A DNA stretch of 64,000 nucleotides from Eledone cirrhosa (Eukaryota). Each line of letters begins with the position of its first letter. Positions within the stretch are counted from its first letter, which is position 1. Location: positions 12,462,001 through 12,526,000 of the forward strand of contig OZ024752.1 of the NCBI GenBank assembly GCA_964016885.1. The letters run 5' to 3'. Below are positions 1 to 14,196 of the stretch, one piece after another. Below the pieces are notes generated by a model. That model saw only the letters and a program-made list of their open reading frames with translations, ran no database searches and was not told the origin of the DNA. The translations under genes and the position numbers were made by a program.

Positions 1-2618
1 AGTCATGAATCTTAACTTTTGTTTTCTATCATTCCATTTCTTTCCCTTCTTATCCCACGTATAGTGCGAAGGGAAATCGCAGTAGAGTTGCCTTTGATCC
101 GGGTTCAAAGCATGTTCCCTATTATGCTTGAACCACTCAGTCAACTCCGTCTTAGGAGGTGGTGCGTTAGCAATTCTTTCGACACCTCTTCTAGTGTCCT
201 GAAAACAGACCATTTGCCTATTCTCTAAGTGAACCATCAGTTTCTGAACGCTGGGTTTGCATTCATTGAGATCAAAATCGAACAATCTCCAGCAAGCTTC
301 GCTAGATCCAATCAAGCGAACATCCTGGAACCTGCCAACTTCATCTCCTTGGTTCGCCTCCTCATTCCTGACATTCATCATTGCCCGATCATGACCTTTG
401 TAAACATATTTGAATAGATATTTGCAAGCTTTCACTGAGCTACAAATTTCCACATTAATATGACAACGATATTTCATAATCAAATATGGATTGTATGGCA
501 CAACCCATTGATTTGTAACCTGTCAACCGTTTACATTTTTGACCAAACCGCCATCTGCAGGTGACGGTCTCCTGTATGAGGGATGAGCATCCCCATCATT
601 CCAGGAAGTGTTCGTGACAAAAGATTTCGGAAAGTGCTTACGGCATAGGCCATTTTTCATGCAAGGCATTTTCCGATTTGCCACTCCGCATTGGTTGTGC
701 ACCATTGACTTTGCCACCAAGTTGCGTAGTGGCTCATTTTCCGGCAGTTCAGCACACACAACGCTGTCAACATCCTCAGCACATCTCAATTTGCAATCTC
801 TATGTAAAATGATCAGCAAATGTGCATGTGGCAATCCTCTTTTTTGGAATTCAATTAAGTATGTAAAAGCAACTATAGCTCCAAAGATTCCCTCTTTTTC
901 CACATCATCCATTATCTTTTTCAGATATCCTTTGAATACTCTTGCCGCAATATCAGGACGGTCCTTTGGCTGTTGTCCTGGCAAAAGTACATCCTTAATA
1001 TCAGTCCATTCAGGATTGCATGTAACCGTTATAAACAAATCTGGCTTTCCAAACTTTCTGACAATAGCCATTGCATCCTGATAGCGAATGTTCATATATC
1101 TCGGGCCGCCGATGAACGACGATGGCAAAATGATGCGTCGACCAATTTGCTTGTAATTGGCATCATCGGCTGTTATCGCATCCTGTATATTATTATACAA
1201 TTCAGCTCTGATATGTTGCTGATGTGTAGCTATATAATTTAGCCTTTGATTTTCGATCTTTGCGAATGCCATACAACAGTATTCCTGGAACAATCTGCTG
1301 GCTTGAAATAGCGCATTTCTCTGTTGATTCCTCTCGTTCAAATGGAACACGTAAAAGTCGCGAATCGAATTATTGTGTCTATTGCCGCCTCCCTGTTGAT
1401 GCTGATTCTCATGATCATCTAAATGAACAGACATGTTCCATCCATTTTCACCTTTTGGGAATAAAAGAACATAATGCAATGGATCGTATGCCCTATTTGA
1501 CTCATTGATACCACCATCTCTGCGATTGAGGATGATATCTCTGCGATCCAGGCTTATCGTCCATCAACACAGCAACTTCACGAAATCCTTCAGGGGCATT
1601 ATATCGCCGTTCGTGTTGATTCCTTGGTACTGCGTCAGCCTTAATCACCAATGTTTGCTGCTGAACATTTTGCAGTTCAGCCACCAACATGAAATCCATA
1701 ACATAAGGATTACACTGTCTAAGCCATGATTGCAAGTCACGGATCAAATCACTTAACCTTTGCCGTTCAAGTTCAGTTATATTTCCCGGCAACTTCGTCC
1801 AACCGATCCTGATATCCTCCTCCGATTCACTATAATCTGGATCGTAAATGTAAATTTGAGCGAATTGAGGCCTCTCTCCTGGGGTAACTTCTAAATTACC
1901 GATACAATGATATAAACGGCCTTGAATGACTACATTCGGTTGCCATGCTCCACTCTCAAACATCTCACTAACTCTCTGCTAATAAATTGTTAATTTGCCG
2001 CGAATATTTGCACAGTAATCTACCTCGGTCTCCTTGATCACCCCACATACTTAGTATTTTAAACTCCGGTGACTCCTCATCATCTGGCATTCGCAAGGGT
2101 TCTAGTTGAACTGCTCCTTTATGATAGCACATTGTGGTCCACGTCTTTTCATGCCTCCAAAGCAATGCTCCACAATGTGGACACTCTGCTCTTCCACCAA
2201 TCTGAAAATGACACGGTTGCCATGATCCATTTTTAATATCATCCGTTCGCCTTCTAGCCTCTTTACTGGAATGAGGAGCACTTTGACGACACATTCTCTG
2301 GACTTCTGTATTGCGCTGGCGTTGTTCAGCCATCGCAGCACACCGTTGCTGCTGAATTCCGGCCATCTGCTGATGATGCTCAGCCAGTTCGTCTTCAACC
2401 ATTGCAGCACGCCGTCGCTGCTTGGCTCTAGTGTTTCGTTGGCGTTGTTCAGCCAGCTCCTCTTCATTCATGGCGGTACGTCTTCGCCTCTGAAGTTCGA
2501 TGTTCTGATGGCGCTGTTCGGCCCGTGTTTCTTCATTTCTGGCTGCACGCCGTCGCCGCTGTAGTTCACTGTTTGATAAAGTCGAATTGCTTTTATTATC
2601 AGTATTCATTTTGAGCAA
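1..2618 (-). pseudogene. Helitron Rep/Helicase ORF, 5' part (N-terminal repeats, zinc finger, HUH Rep domain); frameshifted and continuing beyond the window start
   Basis: ORF pieces 1968-2618 (CPHCGALLW..E...CYHKG zinc finger), 1502-1963 (IQGRLYHCIG, PQFAQIYIYD) and 523-1479 (Rep motif 1 PDLFITVTCNPEW, HUH motif 2 EFQKRGLPHAHLLI). Motif 3 KYLFKYVYKGHD can be read on the minus strand near 390-430. The pieces are separated by frameshifts or stops. Confidence 0.93.
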
Positions 2619-2712
2619 TTCTCAAAAAAATGACACAATAATAAATATAAAAGATGTTCGTCAATGTAAAAAAAAAAGGTTCCTATTTACTCCCTTCACA
2701 ACCCTGTGTATG

Positions 2713-3205
<493 letters not shown>

Positions 3206-3300
3206 GTTAAAGGAAAAGAAAATGCCAGTGAAAAATAGTTTAATTAGGAATAAGTAAAAATTAGTAATAGTATTGGTTAGTATTCAGTTTTGGTTTTAAG

Positions 3301-3336
3301 CTTTACCGGTTGCGCATTTCTAATGCTTTTCAAAAA
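3301..3336 (-). ncRNA. Degenerate minimal hammerhead motif, U3-A8 core variant
   Basis: Reverse complement: ttt-TTGAAAA-gcat(tagaa)atgc-GCAAC-cg-GTA-aag. GAAAC is mutated to GCAAC. Homologous to 27461-27496. Confidence 0.5.
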
Positions 3337-4114
3337 TAATTTTGAGATAGAGCGTCCGTGATGTTTGCTCTAATCTGATTAGTTTTGGAAATTCTACCTA
3401 TTTTATGTGAAAAAAGTGGCTCCAGATGTATTAAAATAAGTTTCGCGCCAATTTGTGTTGCAAAAATTCTTGTGGTCAAAACAATTTTGATTGGTCGGTA
3501 GAGGTCATGTGAATGTTAAAAATTGATTTTGCGCCAAATGTAGGTTTGTCTCGGCTGATTGAGAAGTCACTGAAAAATAAGTCTTTTAAGACAAATATGT
3601 GGGTGTGTGTAGTAGTAGTAAAGAGGTTCATTGTTGTGATAATGGTCAGTAGGGATGTGTGTGTGAATTGCAGCCATGTTGAAAGGTCAACAGTTCAGGT
3701 GCCTATTAAGACAAGTGTGTGTGTGTGTGTATATACATACATATATATACACACATATTAATAACCGCATTGTTTCTGAAAGAGTGATGCTAGAGCTATG
3801 AAATCTTGCATGCGTTAATGAACTGTCCAGCCTATGAACTTTAAAGCCGACTCTCGCATACTTGGCAAAATTCCCACGTAGTATAACCGAACTTAAATCC
3901 TTTTGATTGTGTAGTGAACGTGTTTAGCTATTCAGTCAGGCATGATACAACATATCTTCTGCACATGTTTACACAGAAATACGAAGCGTGTGTTTCTGTG
4001 AGATAAGAGTTTACCTCGAAAAGATAGCAACCAGGAAGAGAATTAACTAATGTGCCATTTATAATAGATGGAAGAATTACAACACAAAAATAGCGTATTG
4101 TATATATTTTGATG

Positions 4115-4163
<49 letters not shown>

Positions 4164-4166
<3 letters not shown>

Positions 4167-4917
4167 GCAGAAACTAATTAGTTGGAGTGAAAATTTAAGT
4201 AAGTAAGTTAATTTTTTTTTTTAATTTTTAAAAAAAATTTTCTTATTTTACGTCTTGTTCTGCATCCTCCTGCATTGAACCACCTAGGTACTATGACATA
4301 ACCTGTGTATTTGCTGGCATTAGCGTACATCTATGCGCTTATGTTAGTAGATATATTAAATTATCTATATTTATCTCCAAATCACTGATTTGTCGAGCAA
4401 ACCTGCCAAAACCATTTCTAAAAATTTTTTTTGGGGGTGTTAGTAGGCGTCTGTCATCTTACCATCCCATTCCTACTGACTAGCCTCTGTGTCACGTGAT
4501 TGATTCTTTAGAATCGGCCATATGATCAGTGGCAGTGAGAATTTTCAGTAGCTGGAATCCAGTCCTCGACAGCTGTTCCAGTTACCGAATTATTATTATT
4601 TTTATATGAGTCCCCAGTGTCCGCGCATTGCCTGGAGACTCGGCTGAGAATGACCTCCCTGATGACGCAATTAAATTCTCAACAGTTCATTACGTAACTG
4701 TCTTTATCTCATTGCAGAAACTAATTAGTTGGAGTGAAAATTTAAGTAAGTTAATTTTTTTTTTTAATTTAAAAAAAAAAATGTTCTTATTTTACGTCTT
4801 TTATATTATTGTTCTGCATTCTCCTGCATTGAACCACCTAGGTACTATGACATAACCTGTGTATTTGCTGGCATTAGCGTACATCTATGCGCTTATGTTA
4901 GTAGATATATTAAATTA

Positions 4918-4924
<7 letters not shown>
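4164..4924 (+). mobile_element. Non-coding, terminally redundant hammerhead-bearing element (~547-bp monomer) in (TA)n
   Basis: 4164-4370 is directly repeated at 4711-4924. (TA)n flanks both sides. Hammerhead at 4655-4734. Diverged sibling at ~58775-59135 (minus). Confidence 0.75.
4655..4734 (+). ncRNA. Type I hammerhead ribozyme
   Basis: ctcc-CTGATGA-c-gcaat...attgc-a-GAAAC-taatta-GTT-ggag. Helix I ctcc/ggag; helix III region aactaattagtt is palindromic. Confidence 0.75.
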
Positions 4925-4980
<56 letters not shown>

Positions 4981-5516
4981 TTATTTATTAAAATAACAGA
5001 TTAAAGTTTAAGCAAAGAATCGCTGCTTTCACCCTTAACGGGATCTTCTTAAACTAACAAACACTACAGGGAGCCTCACATCAGAAAGAATTTAAATAGA
5101 CTTCTGACTGAGGAATGCTCTCAAAACTGACCAATGGGAAGTTTGACATTTTTTTGTTATTTTGTTCGTTTACCACCTTGTTCCTTTACCACTTTATCAA
5201 TTTTTTAAGCTAACTCCAACAATAAAAACACTACCAACACAAGAATTGAGGTCAGATGTACCTAACAATAACAACAACAACAACTACAGATTGGCTTGCC
5301 TCAGAACGAATTTCTATAGACTTTTGAATGAGGAATGTTCTAACAACTGACCAATGAGAGGAGAAGAGGCCCTTTGACACTGAAATTCGTTTGTTTGAAT
5401 ACATATGATTCCAGTTCCTCAGTGAAATAACAACCCAACCAGGAATTGGGCATAGAGTATTGACAAGGTTATACACCTCAACAACATATGTACTTGTCCC
5501 TACCACACTAATTCGG

Positions 5517-5573
5517 ACTGCCTGAAGAGGTCACAGCCAAAGATGGTTGTCAGCGAAATATATATATAGCAGT
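5517..5573 (+). ncRNA. Type I hammerhead ribozyme near the 3' end of an element spanning ~5060-5625
   Basis: actgc-CTGAAGA-ggtcacagcca(aaga)tggttgtcagc-GAAA-tatatat-ATA-gcagt. Sibling at 62274-62328. Confidence 0.7.
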
Positions 5574-5618
5574 AATAAACGAAGCTAAATTTTAAACATG
5601 TGACTTTTTATTTTACTT

Positions 5619-5624
<6 letters not shown>

Positions 5625-5693
<69 letters not shown>

Positions 5694-5713
5694 TGTGTGT
5701 ATATATATGTGTG

Positions 5714-5782
<69 letters not shown>

Positions 5783-5800
5783 GTGTATATATATGTGTGA

Positions 5801-5831
<31 letters not shown>

Positions 5832-5839
5832 CACGCACT

Positions 5840-5883
<44 letters not shown>

Positions 5884-5912
5884 TACATATATGTACACAC
5901 ATATATGTATAT

Positions 5913-5973
<61 letters not shown>

Positions 5974-6102
5974 CATATATATACACATATATATATACAT
6001 ATACATAGATATATATATACACATATATATATATATACACACACATATAGATACATATATATACATACATATATATATATACATACATATATATATATAT
6101 AT

Positions 6103-6141
<39 letters not shown>

Positions 6142-6575
6142 GATAAATCTACCAAGAGATACATATACACATACATATATATACACACACACATATATAT
6201 ACATACATATATATATATATACACACATATATATATATACACATATATATATTTATATACACATACACACATATATATATACATACAGATATATACACAC
6301 ACATATATATGTGTGTGTATATATTCAATGCATATTTTTTTAATCACCCAAAAACTATAAACAGCTTTGTCTAGATTCCTCCACTCCTTCAATTTGTTCA
6401 ACCAATCAGGGACCTTCATACAAACTGGAGTTCACAAACAGTATTAGCCATGTTAGTGTGGAATATGGACGTTAAACGATGATAATGACAATTATATATA
6501 TATATGTGTGTGTATATATATATATATATGAATATATATATATGTATATATGAATATATATATATGTATATATGA

Positions 6576-6632
<57 letters not shown>

Positions 6633-6670
6633 TGTATATGTATATATATGTATATATATATATATATAAA
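5625..6670. repeat. (TA)n/(CA)n compound microsatellite, interrupted at ~6325-6490
   Basis: Directly visible; the YI/HT/VC-repeat ORFs here are artefacts. Confidence 0.9.
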
Positions 6671-7140
6671 TTTATGAGCAGAACAAACAAACATTAAACA
6701 ATCCCTTAAATAAATTAAAAAATGATTTAAATATCTACCTGTTCATAATGCTATTACCGGCGGTTTCCATTTACAAAAGATTGGGTCACTTTAACGGCCA
6801 TAACTCATACGAGCTGGTAGTTGGCATTATATTTGCGGACCGTGGGACGTATGTCCTATAGAAAGGAAATAGCTATCTGATGAAATTTACTTTCCGTTGG
6901 AAATTCTCTGAATTTCCAATCTTTTGTAAATGGAAACCGCCGGTAATGGCATTATGAACAGGTAGATATTTAAATCATTTTTTAATTTATTTAAGGGATT
7001 GTTTAATGTTTGTTTGTTCTGCTCATCAATTTTTATAGTTCTGGTATCTCGAATTAGTACCATAGAACAACAATATATTATAGACACCCTATATATCTCT
7101 ATGGGTACTTAGTACTCAGTGAGATATTTACCTCATTTTT
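6666..7140. repeat. Inverted repeat with tail, between (TA)n tracts
   Basis: Arms ~6666-6784 and ~6916-7036, spacer ~130 bp, unpaired tail to ~7140. Confidence 0.8.
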
Positions 7141-7147
7141 ATATATA

Positions 7148-7209
<62 letters not shown>

Positions 7210-7218
7210 ATATATATT

Positions 7219-7410
7219 ATATAGAGCGGAAAGACACAGAAAAGTGTGTTTTTCTTTACAGGAATTTTGAAATTGTTGTCGAGAAAATCACACTTTTCTG
7301 TGTCTTTCCGCTCTATATATTATATTTTAAAGTGCCCAGGAAAAGTCTTTCCTTTGAGCTCATTTAATTACAGGATTATACGCAAGTCCTTTGCTCCGTT
7401 ATTTTACTTG
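7219..7410. repeat. Short hairpin with tail in (TA)n; tail related to the 34028-34618 family
   Basis: Arms 7219-7255 and 7282-7319. The tail carries ctttgagctcatttaattacagg, similar to 34045-34066. Confidence 0.7.
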
Positions 7411-7899
7411 ATATGTATGTATATATATATATATATATATAAATCTACCAAAATATACGGTAGTGTCCAATCCGTATGAAGAACTCAATGTAATCCAAAT
7501 ATCATGAAAAGAGATGTATTCAAACATTTTTTTTCTATGAAAATCACAGGAAAACAGAGAAATTAATAAAAACAATGAATAAAAACAAAGAAACAGTTTC
7601 TTATATTAAAAAATTCATCGCATATTCACGGAATCCTAAATATCTTACGTGATATTTTTATGGCTTTTTTCGTGGCAATATATATATTTTCAGGCTTTAT
7701 AACGCTAAATTATTAATAACAATCTATATTATAAAGCTGACGGCTGTATGTATGTAACAAACTTTTCGCCAAACGGCTGTACCAAACAGCACCAAATTTA
7801 CACAATACTTTGCACAATACTTTGATATCAAGTCTCATAAATACCCACATGACCGTTTTTGAACTAGTCTTAGTTAATTTGATTAACCAAATCAAATTC

Positions 7900-8475
7900 C
7901 GTAAGTACTTTAACTCTTTTCAATCTAAACTCTCTAACGATATTTAAAAATTCAAATCTTCTAAAAATAAGTTCATTTTCTCCGATAAAACTAAAAACTT
8001 ATACGAAGTTAATAATAACTTACATGACCAACTCTTAAATCATCACATCTAAATACCAAATAGCTAATATAAACACCTTTAATACTATTAACAAGGACGC
8101 CAAAGAATTAGCTAGTTTTTTTTAAATAGACAACAGAACAGAAAAACTTGCAAAACGTAATACCTATATCACAAATCTGATTTTAATAATCGTCCCAGTT
8201 GCAGATTAATCAACCCTGCTAAGACTGAAATCGGACTTGCTAGCAAAAAAATATTAAATAACATAAACAAACATATTAGAAGTAAGTCAGGATTACTCCA
8301 ATGGATAAATAGCTCTTCTGTAGTACATTGGTTTAAAAATATTAAAGATAAAAGTAGTTCTAGATTCACCCAATTTGACATTGTAGACTTCTACCCGTCT
8401 ATTACTCACTCTCTTTTAACGAAAGCATTTAATTTTGCTAAAAAGTTTATTAATATTTCTGATATCATTCATCCA
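7900..8475 (+). mobile_element. Degenerate Penelope-like RT fragment
   Basis: Translates to ..NRPSCRLINPAKTEIGLASKKIL...WFKNIKDKSSSRFTQFDIVDFYPSITHSLL.., matching PLE RT motifs. Confidence 0.75.
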
Positions 8476-8768
8476 TAAAGGAATACATTTATCCGCTACA
8501 TATCACGTCGGAGTCACCATTATGTAGCGGAAGAACATTACAAATCCAGACCTGTCAACTCTTCCCGTCTGACTGGGAGATCTCCCACCGACTTTGGGGA
8601 GGGGAGGGGTGAAAGATGCCTTCTCTTGTGAAAATGGGTATAGTTTTCATTATGTAAAATCTCCCCATTTTGCCTCATTTCTCTCCGTTTTGGGGCTCTA
8701 TTTTTCATGGTACTCCCCGTTTGGGTTTTTAGTGGTTGGCAGGTCTACAAATATAATGGTTTCTTATA

Positions 8769-8975
8769 TAGGCACAAGGCCAACTTTTCCGGGGAGAGGA
8801 AAGTCGATTAAATCGACCCCAATGAATTACTGGTGTTTTATGTTATCGACTCCGTAAGGATGAAAGGAAAAGTTAACCTCGGCGGGATTTGAACTTAGAT
8901 CAATAAGGGCAATAACTCTATGTTGCCAAGCATGGTGTCCGACCCTCTACCGATACTGCCAATCTACTGCAGGGG
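8769..8975 (-). mobile_element. SINE (family with ggcacaaggcc...gatgaaagg.aaagttaacctcggcggga core)
   Basis: Same core at 56076-56466 (plus) and 60620-60722; partial copies at ~17195-17275 and ~35210-35265. Confidence 0.65.
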
Positions 8976-10009
8976 TCTGCAAATATAATGGCGTTGATAA
9001 ACACTAATATAAACAAATAAAAAAGGGCGGGACGGGGGTGTCAAACACAAAAATGACCGCCAATTGACCACCAAGTGCGACAATCGACCGTAAGAGAGAA
9101 TAAAGTGGGAGAAAATGTGCATTCTCTACCGCATACAACAAGGAGTGCTGAAGTTTCACTCGAATAACTTTTTAGTAAGCCAACACATTCCAAACACTTA
9201 TCGGAATATCACACACGCACTTGATAAGACATCGATGTTTGTTATAGTAACCAGTCAGATAAGATATCTATATTAAATGTCTATATATATATATATATAT
9301 ATATATACCGTATTTCCTTGAGGACGCACCCTAATTTTGAAAACCCAAAATTTGAAGAAAAAAATAATGAAAAATACAACCTTCAGCCTCCAGGACTCAT
9401 GGTAGATTTTTTAGACTTATTTTAGGGAAAAAGTAGGTCTTCGACGCCCGGAAATACGATAATTCTGGGAATTATCACCATCTTCTTGTCATCGTTAACG
9501 GCTTACCTTACTGATGTATCAGTAGAGGCATAACTAGGGAAAGTAGCCCCTATGGCAAGCAGTGATCCAACCACCATAGTGTTCTCACACATGATAAAAA
9601 TAGCCCCTATGGCAAGCAGTGATATTGCGCCCCTACCCAGCACTGTATTTTTACATATGGGCTTAATAATTTATATAAATGGTTTAATGATCCAACCACC
9701 ATAGTGTTTCTCACCCATGATAGAGACAGATCATATATCTGAAGGAGTTTCTTTTTTCACTCTCCGACGAGACTATTTGACTTTAATAGAACCTGCTCCT
9801 AGTCCAAGTGGCGACCCCTTCATGTGGTGCCCGTGGCACGTGTCATGCCAGCTATACACTAGTTACGCCTCTGGGTAAGGTACAGTTGATATATAGTCGC
9901 CAGGTAGTACTATTAAGTTAGGCATAGCCTAGTTTATATATTATATACTTCTTGACAAGTAAAATGAAATTATCACATGATCCATATGACAGGTGCAATG
10001 TGTCCGGAC

Positions 10010-10280
10010 ATAGAAGAGCCGAACTCCCACTGTCATCACCTCCATCTCTCTTGTCCTCCCCATCTCTCTGTATAGTGAACAAATGGGGTCCCATGTGCTG
10101 GTCGCCCCACGGCCCCGGCAGACAGAATGGAGAAGGCGTTTCCCCGGAGGATGGTAAAGGAGATGCACTGGAAGAGCCATTCCATCTCGTGAGGCTCACA
10201 CCTGCGGTTGGCCAGCTCAGCGCCTATGGTGGTGAGTAGGGAGGTAGCCCTAGGGCCAAGGACACCAGAAGTCTCCACTG
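10010..10280 (-). mobile_element. 3' end of a CRE-like (restriction-like endonuclease) non-LTR retrotransposon
   Basis: Translates to (AV)ETSGVLGPRATSLLTTIGAELANRRCEPHEMEWLFQCISFTILRGNA, typical of the RLE C-terminus. Second copy at 57560-57860. Confidence 0.7.
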
Positions 10281-11620
10281 CTACAGGTAGCCAGCTCAGC
10301 GCCTATGGTGGTGAGTAGGGAGGTAGCCCCAGGGCCAGGGACACCAGAAGTTTCCACTGCTACAGGTAGCCAGCTCAGCGTCTATGGTGGTGAGTAGGGA
10401 GGTAGCCCTAGGGCCAAGGACACCAGAGGTTCCACTGCTACAGGTAGCCAGCTCAGCGTCTACGATGGTGAGTAGGGAGGTAGCCCTAGGACCAAGGACA
10501 CCAGAAGTCTCCACTGCTACAGGTAGCCAGCTCAGCGTCTATGGTGGTGAGTAGGGAGGTAGCCCTAGGACCAAGGACACCAGAAGTCTCCACTGCTACA
10601 GGTAGCCAGCTCAGCGTCTATGGTGGTGAGTAGGGAGGTAGCCCTAGGGCCAAGGACGCCAGAAGTCTCCACTGCTACAGGTAGCCAGCTCAGCGCCTAT
10701 GGTGGTGAGTAGGGAGGTAGCCCTAGGGCCAGGGACACCAGAAGTCTCCACTGCTACAGGTAGCCAGCTCAGCGTCTACGGTGGTGAGTAGGGAGGTAGC
10801 CCTAGGGCCAGGGACACCAGAAGTCTCCATTGCTACAGGTAGCCAGCTCAGCGCCTACGGTGGTGAGTAGGGAGGTAGCCCTAGGGCCAGGGACACCAGA
10901 AGTCTCCACTGCTACAGGTAGCCAGCTCAGCGCCTATGGTGGTGAGTAGGGAGGTAGCCCTAGGGCCAAGGACACCAGAGGTTCCACTGCTACAGGTAGC
11001 CAGCTCAGCGCCTATGGTGGTGAGTAGGGAGGTAGCCCTAGGGCCAGGGACACCAGAAGTCTCCACTGCTACAGGTAGCCAGCTCAGCGCCTATGGTGGT
11101 GAGTAGGGAGGTAGCCCTAGGGCCAGGGACACCAGAAGTCTCCACTGCTACAGGTAGCCAGCTCAGCGCCTACGGTGGTGAGTAGGGAGGTAGCCCTAGG
11201 GCCAGGGACACCAGAAGTCTCCACTGCTACAGGTAGCCAGCTCAGCGTCTACGGTGGTGAGTAGGGAGGTAGCCCTAGGGCCAGGGACACCAGAAGTCTC
11301 CACTGCTACAGGTAGCCAGCTCAGCGTCTACGGTGGTGAGTAGGGAGGTAGCCCTAGGGCCAGGGACACCAGAAGTCTCCACTGCTACAGGTAGCCAGCT
11401 CAGCGCCTATGGTGGTGAGTAGGGAGGTAGCCCTAGGGCCAAGGACACCAGAAGTCTCCACTGCTACAGGTAGCCAGCTCAGCGCCTATGGTGGTGAGTA
11501 GGGAGGTAGCCCTAGGGCCAAGGACACCAGAAGTCTCCACTGCTACAGGTAGCCAGCTCAGCGCCTACGGTGGTGAGTAGGGAGGTAGCCCTAGGGCCAA
11601 GGACACCAGAAGTCTCCACT
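10211..11620. repeat. 79-bp minisatellite (~18 units) derived from the CRE-like element
   Basis: Unit ctgctacaggtagccagctcagcgcctatggtggtgagtagggaggtagccctagggccaaggacaccagaagtctcca; measured spacing 10275 to 10354. Confidence 0.95.
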
Positions 11621-11622
11621 CA

Positions 11623-12018
11623 GGTAGTGGCTGTTGTTATGGTGGTGGTGGTTGTGGTGGTTGTTGTTATAGTGGTGGTGGTGGTGGTGGTGGTTGTTGT
11701 TATGGTGGTGGTGGTTGTTGTTATGGTGGTGGTGGTAGTGATGTTGTGGTGGTGGTGGTGGTGATGGTGATGATTGTGGTGTGGTGGTGGTGGTAGTAGT
11801 AGTTGTGGTGGTGGTAGTGATGGTGGTGGTAGTAGAGTAGTAGCAGTAGTGGTGGTAATGGTGGTAGTGGTTAGTAGCAGTAGTAGAAGTAGTAGCAGTA
11901 GTAGTGGTAAGTGGTAGTAATGGTGGTGGTGGTAGTAATGGTGGTGGTGGTGGTAGTGGTGATAGTAGTAGTAGTAGTAGTAGTAGTGGTAGTAGTAGTA
12001 GTAGTGGTGTTGGTAGTT
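11623..12018. repeat. (GGT)n/(GTA)n trinucleotide microsatellite
   Basis: Directly visible. Confidence 0.9.
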
Positions 12019-12181
12019 AAACAGACCTCATATTCACACAATTAGGTTTTTTAAAAATAAATAAATAAATCTACCTCAGTCAGACATGATAAAAGAAAGA
12101 GTTTAATTAGGACAGGTGGCAAGATGACACCTGCAATGTCTTTGATAACAGGTGTAACTAATTAGTGTGTGGACTGCAGGT

Positions 12182-13661
12182 ACACACTACTACTACACAT
12201 ACAGAGATATACATAGAGACTGACAGACACACACATACACAGACACACACTCACACATACACAGACATACACTCACACAGAGATACACACATACACAGAC
12301 ATAGACATAGACATACACAGACACACACTCACACATACACAGACATACTCACACATACACAGAGACATACACATACACAGACACACACTCACACATACAC
12401 AGACATACACTCACACAGAGATACACACATACACAGACATAGACATAGACATAGACATACACAGACACACACTCATACATACACAGACATACTCACACAT
12501 ACACACACTCACACAGAGACAGACACACACATATACAGACATATACACACACTCACACATACACAGACACACACACTCACACAGACATACACAGACACAC
12601 ACATACACAGACATATACACACACTCACACATACACAGACATACACAGACACACAGATACACACACTCACACAGAGACAGACACACATACACACACACTC
12701 ACACATACACAGACACACACACATACACAGACATACACAGACACACACATACACAGACATATACACACACTCACACATACACAGACATACACAGACACAC
12801 AGAGACACACACATACACAGGCACACACACACTCACACAGAAACATACACACATACACACATACACAGACATATACACACACACACTCACATACACAGAC
12901 ACACACTCACACATACACAGACACACAGACACACAGAGACACACACAGACATATACACACACTCACACATACACAGACATACACAGACACACACATACAC
13001 AGACATATACACACACTCACATACACAGACACACACTCACACATACCCAGACACACAGAAACAGACACACATACACACATACACAGACATATACACACAC
13101 TCACACATACACAGACACACACATACACAGACATACACAGACACACAGAGACACACACATACACAGGCACACATACACACACTCACACAGAAACAGACAT
13201 ATACACACACTCACATACACAGACACACACTCACACATACACAGACACACAGACACACAGACATACACAGACACACAGATACACATACACACACATACAC
13301 AGACATGCACAGATATACACATACACAGACATACACAAACACACACAGACAGACACACACACTCACACATACAGACATACACAGACACACACACAGACAC
13401 ACACACAGAGACACACACACAGACACACACACATACAGAGACACACACACACAGACACACACACAGACACACATACACACACACATACAGAGACACACAC
13501 ACACAGACACACATACAGACATACACAGACACACAGACACAGAAACACACACAGACATACACAGACACACAGACACAGACACAGAAACACACACAGACAT
13601 ACACAGACACATACACACACATACAGAGACACAGACAGACATACACAGACACACACTTACA

Positions 13662-13706
<45 letters not shown>

Positions 13707-13979
13707 ACACACACACATAATCAGACAGACATACATAGACACATATACACACACACAGACAGACATACACACAGACATGCACACACTTGCACACATGCAC
13801 ACAGGCTTAGACACTCACAAACAAACACAGACAGACATACATAGACACACACATACACACACAAAATGTACACACATACACACAGACATACACACACATA
13901 CACATACACACAGACATACACACACATACACATACACACACACACATACAAATATACACACATACATATACACACACAG

Positions 13980-14024
<45 letters not shown>

Positions 14025-14196
14025 TATACATATATACATTTTAAAAAATAAGCAAAGCATGATACAGACATTTGCAGAGCACTTACATAAACAACAACAA
14101 CCACAGCAACAATAACAATAACAAATAACAACAGCAGCAACATTAACAACAATAATAAATAACAACAACAACAACAACACCAACAACAACAACAAC
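12182..14196. repeat. Degenerate (CA)n/(CAGA)n tract followed by (AAC)n
   Basis: Directly visible; the HT/VC ORFs are artefacts. Confidence 0.9.
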
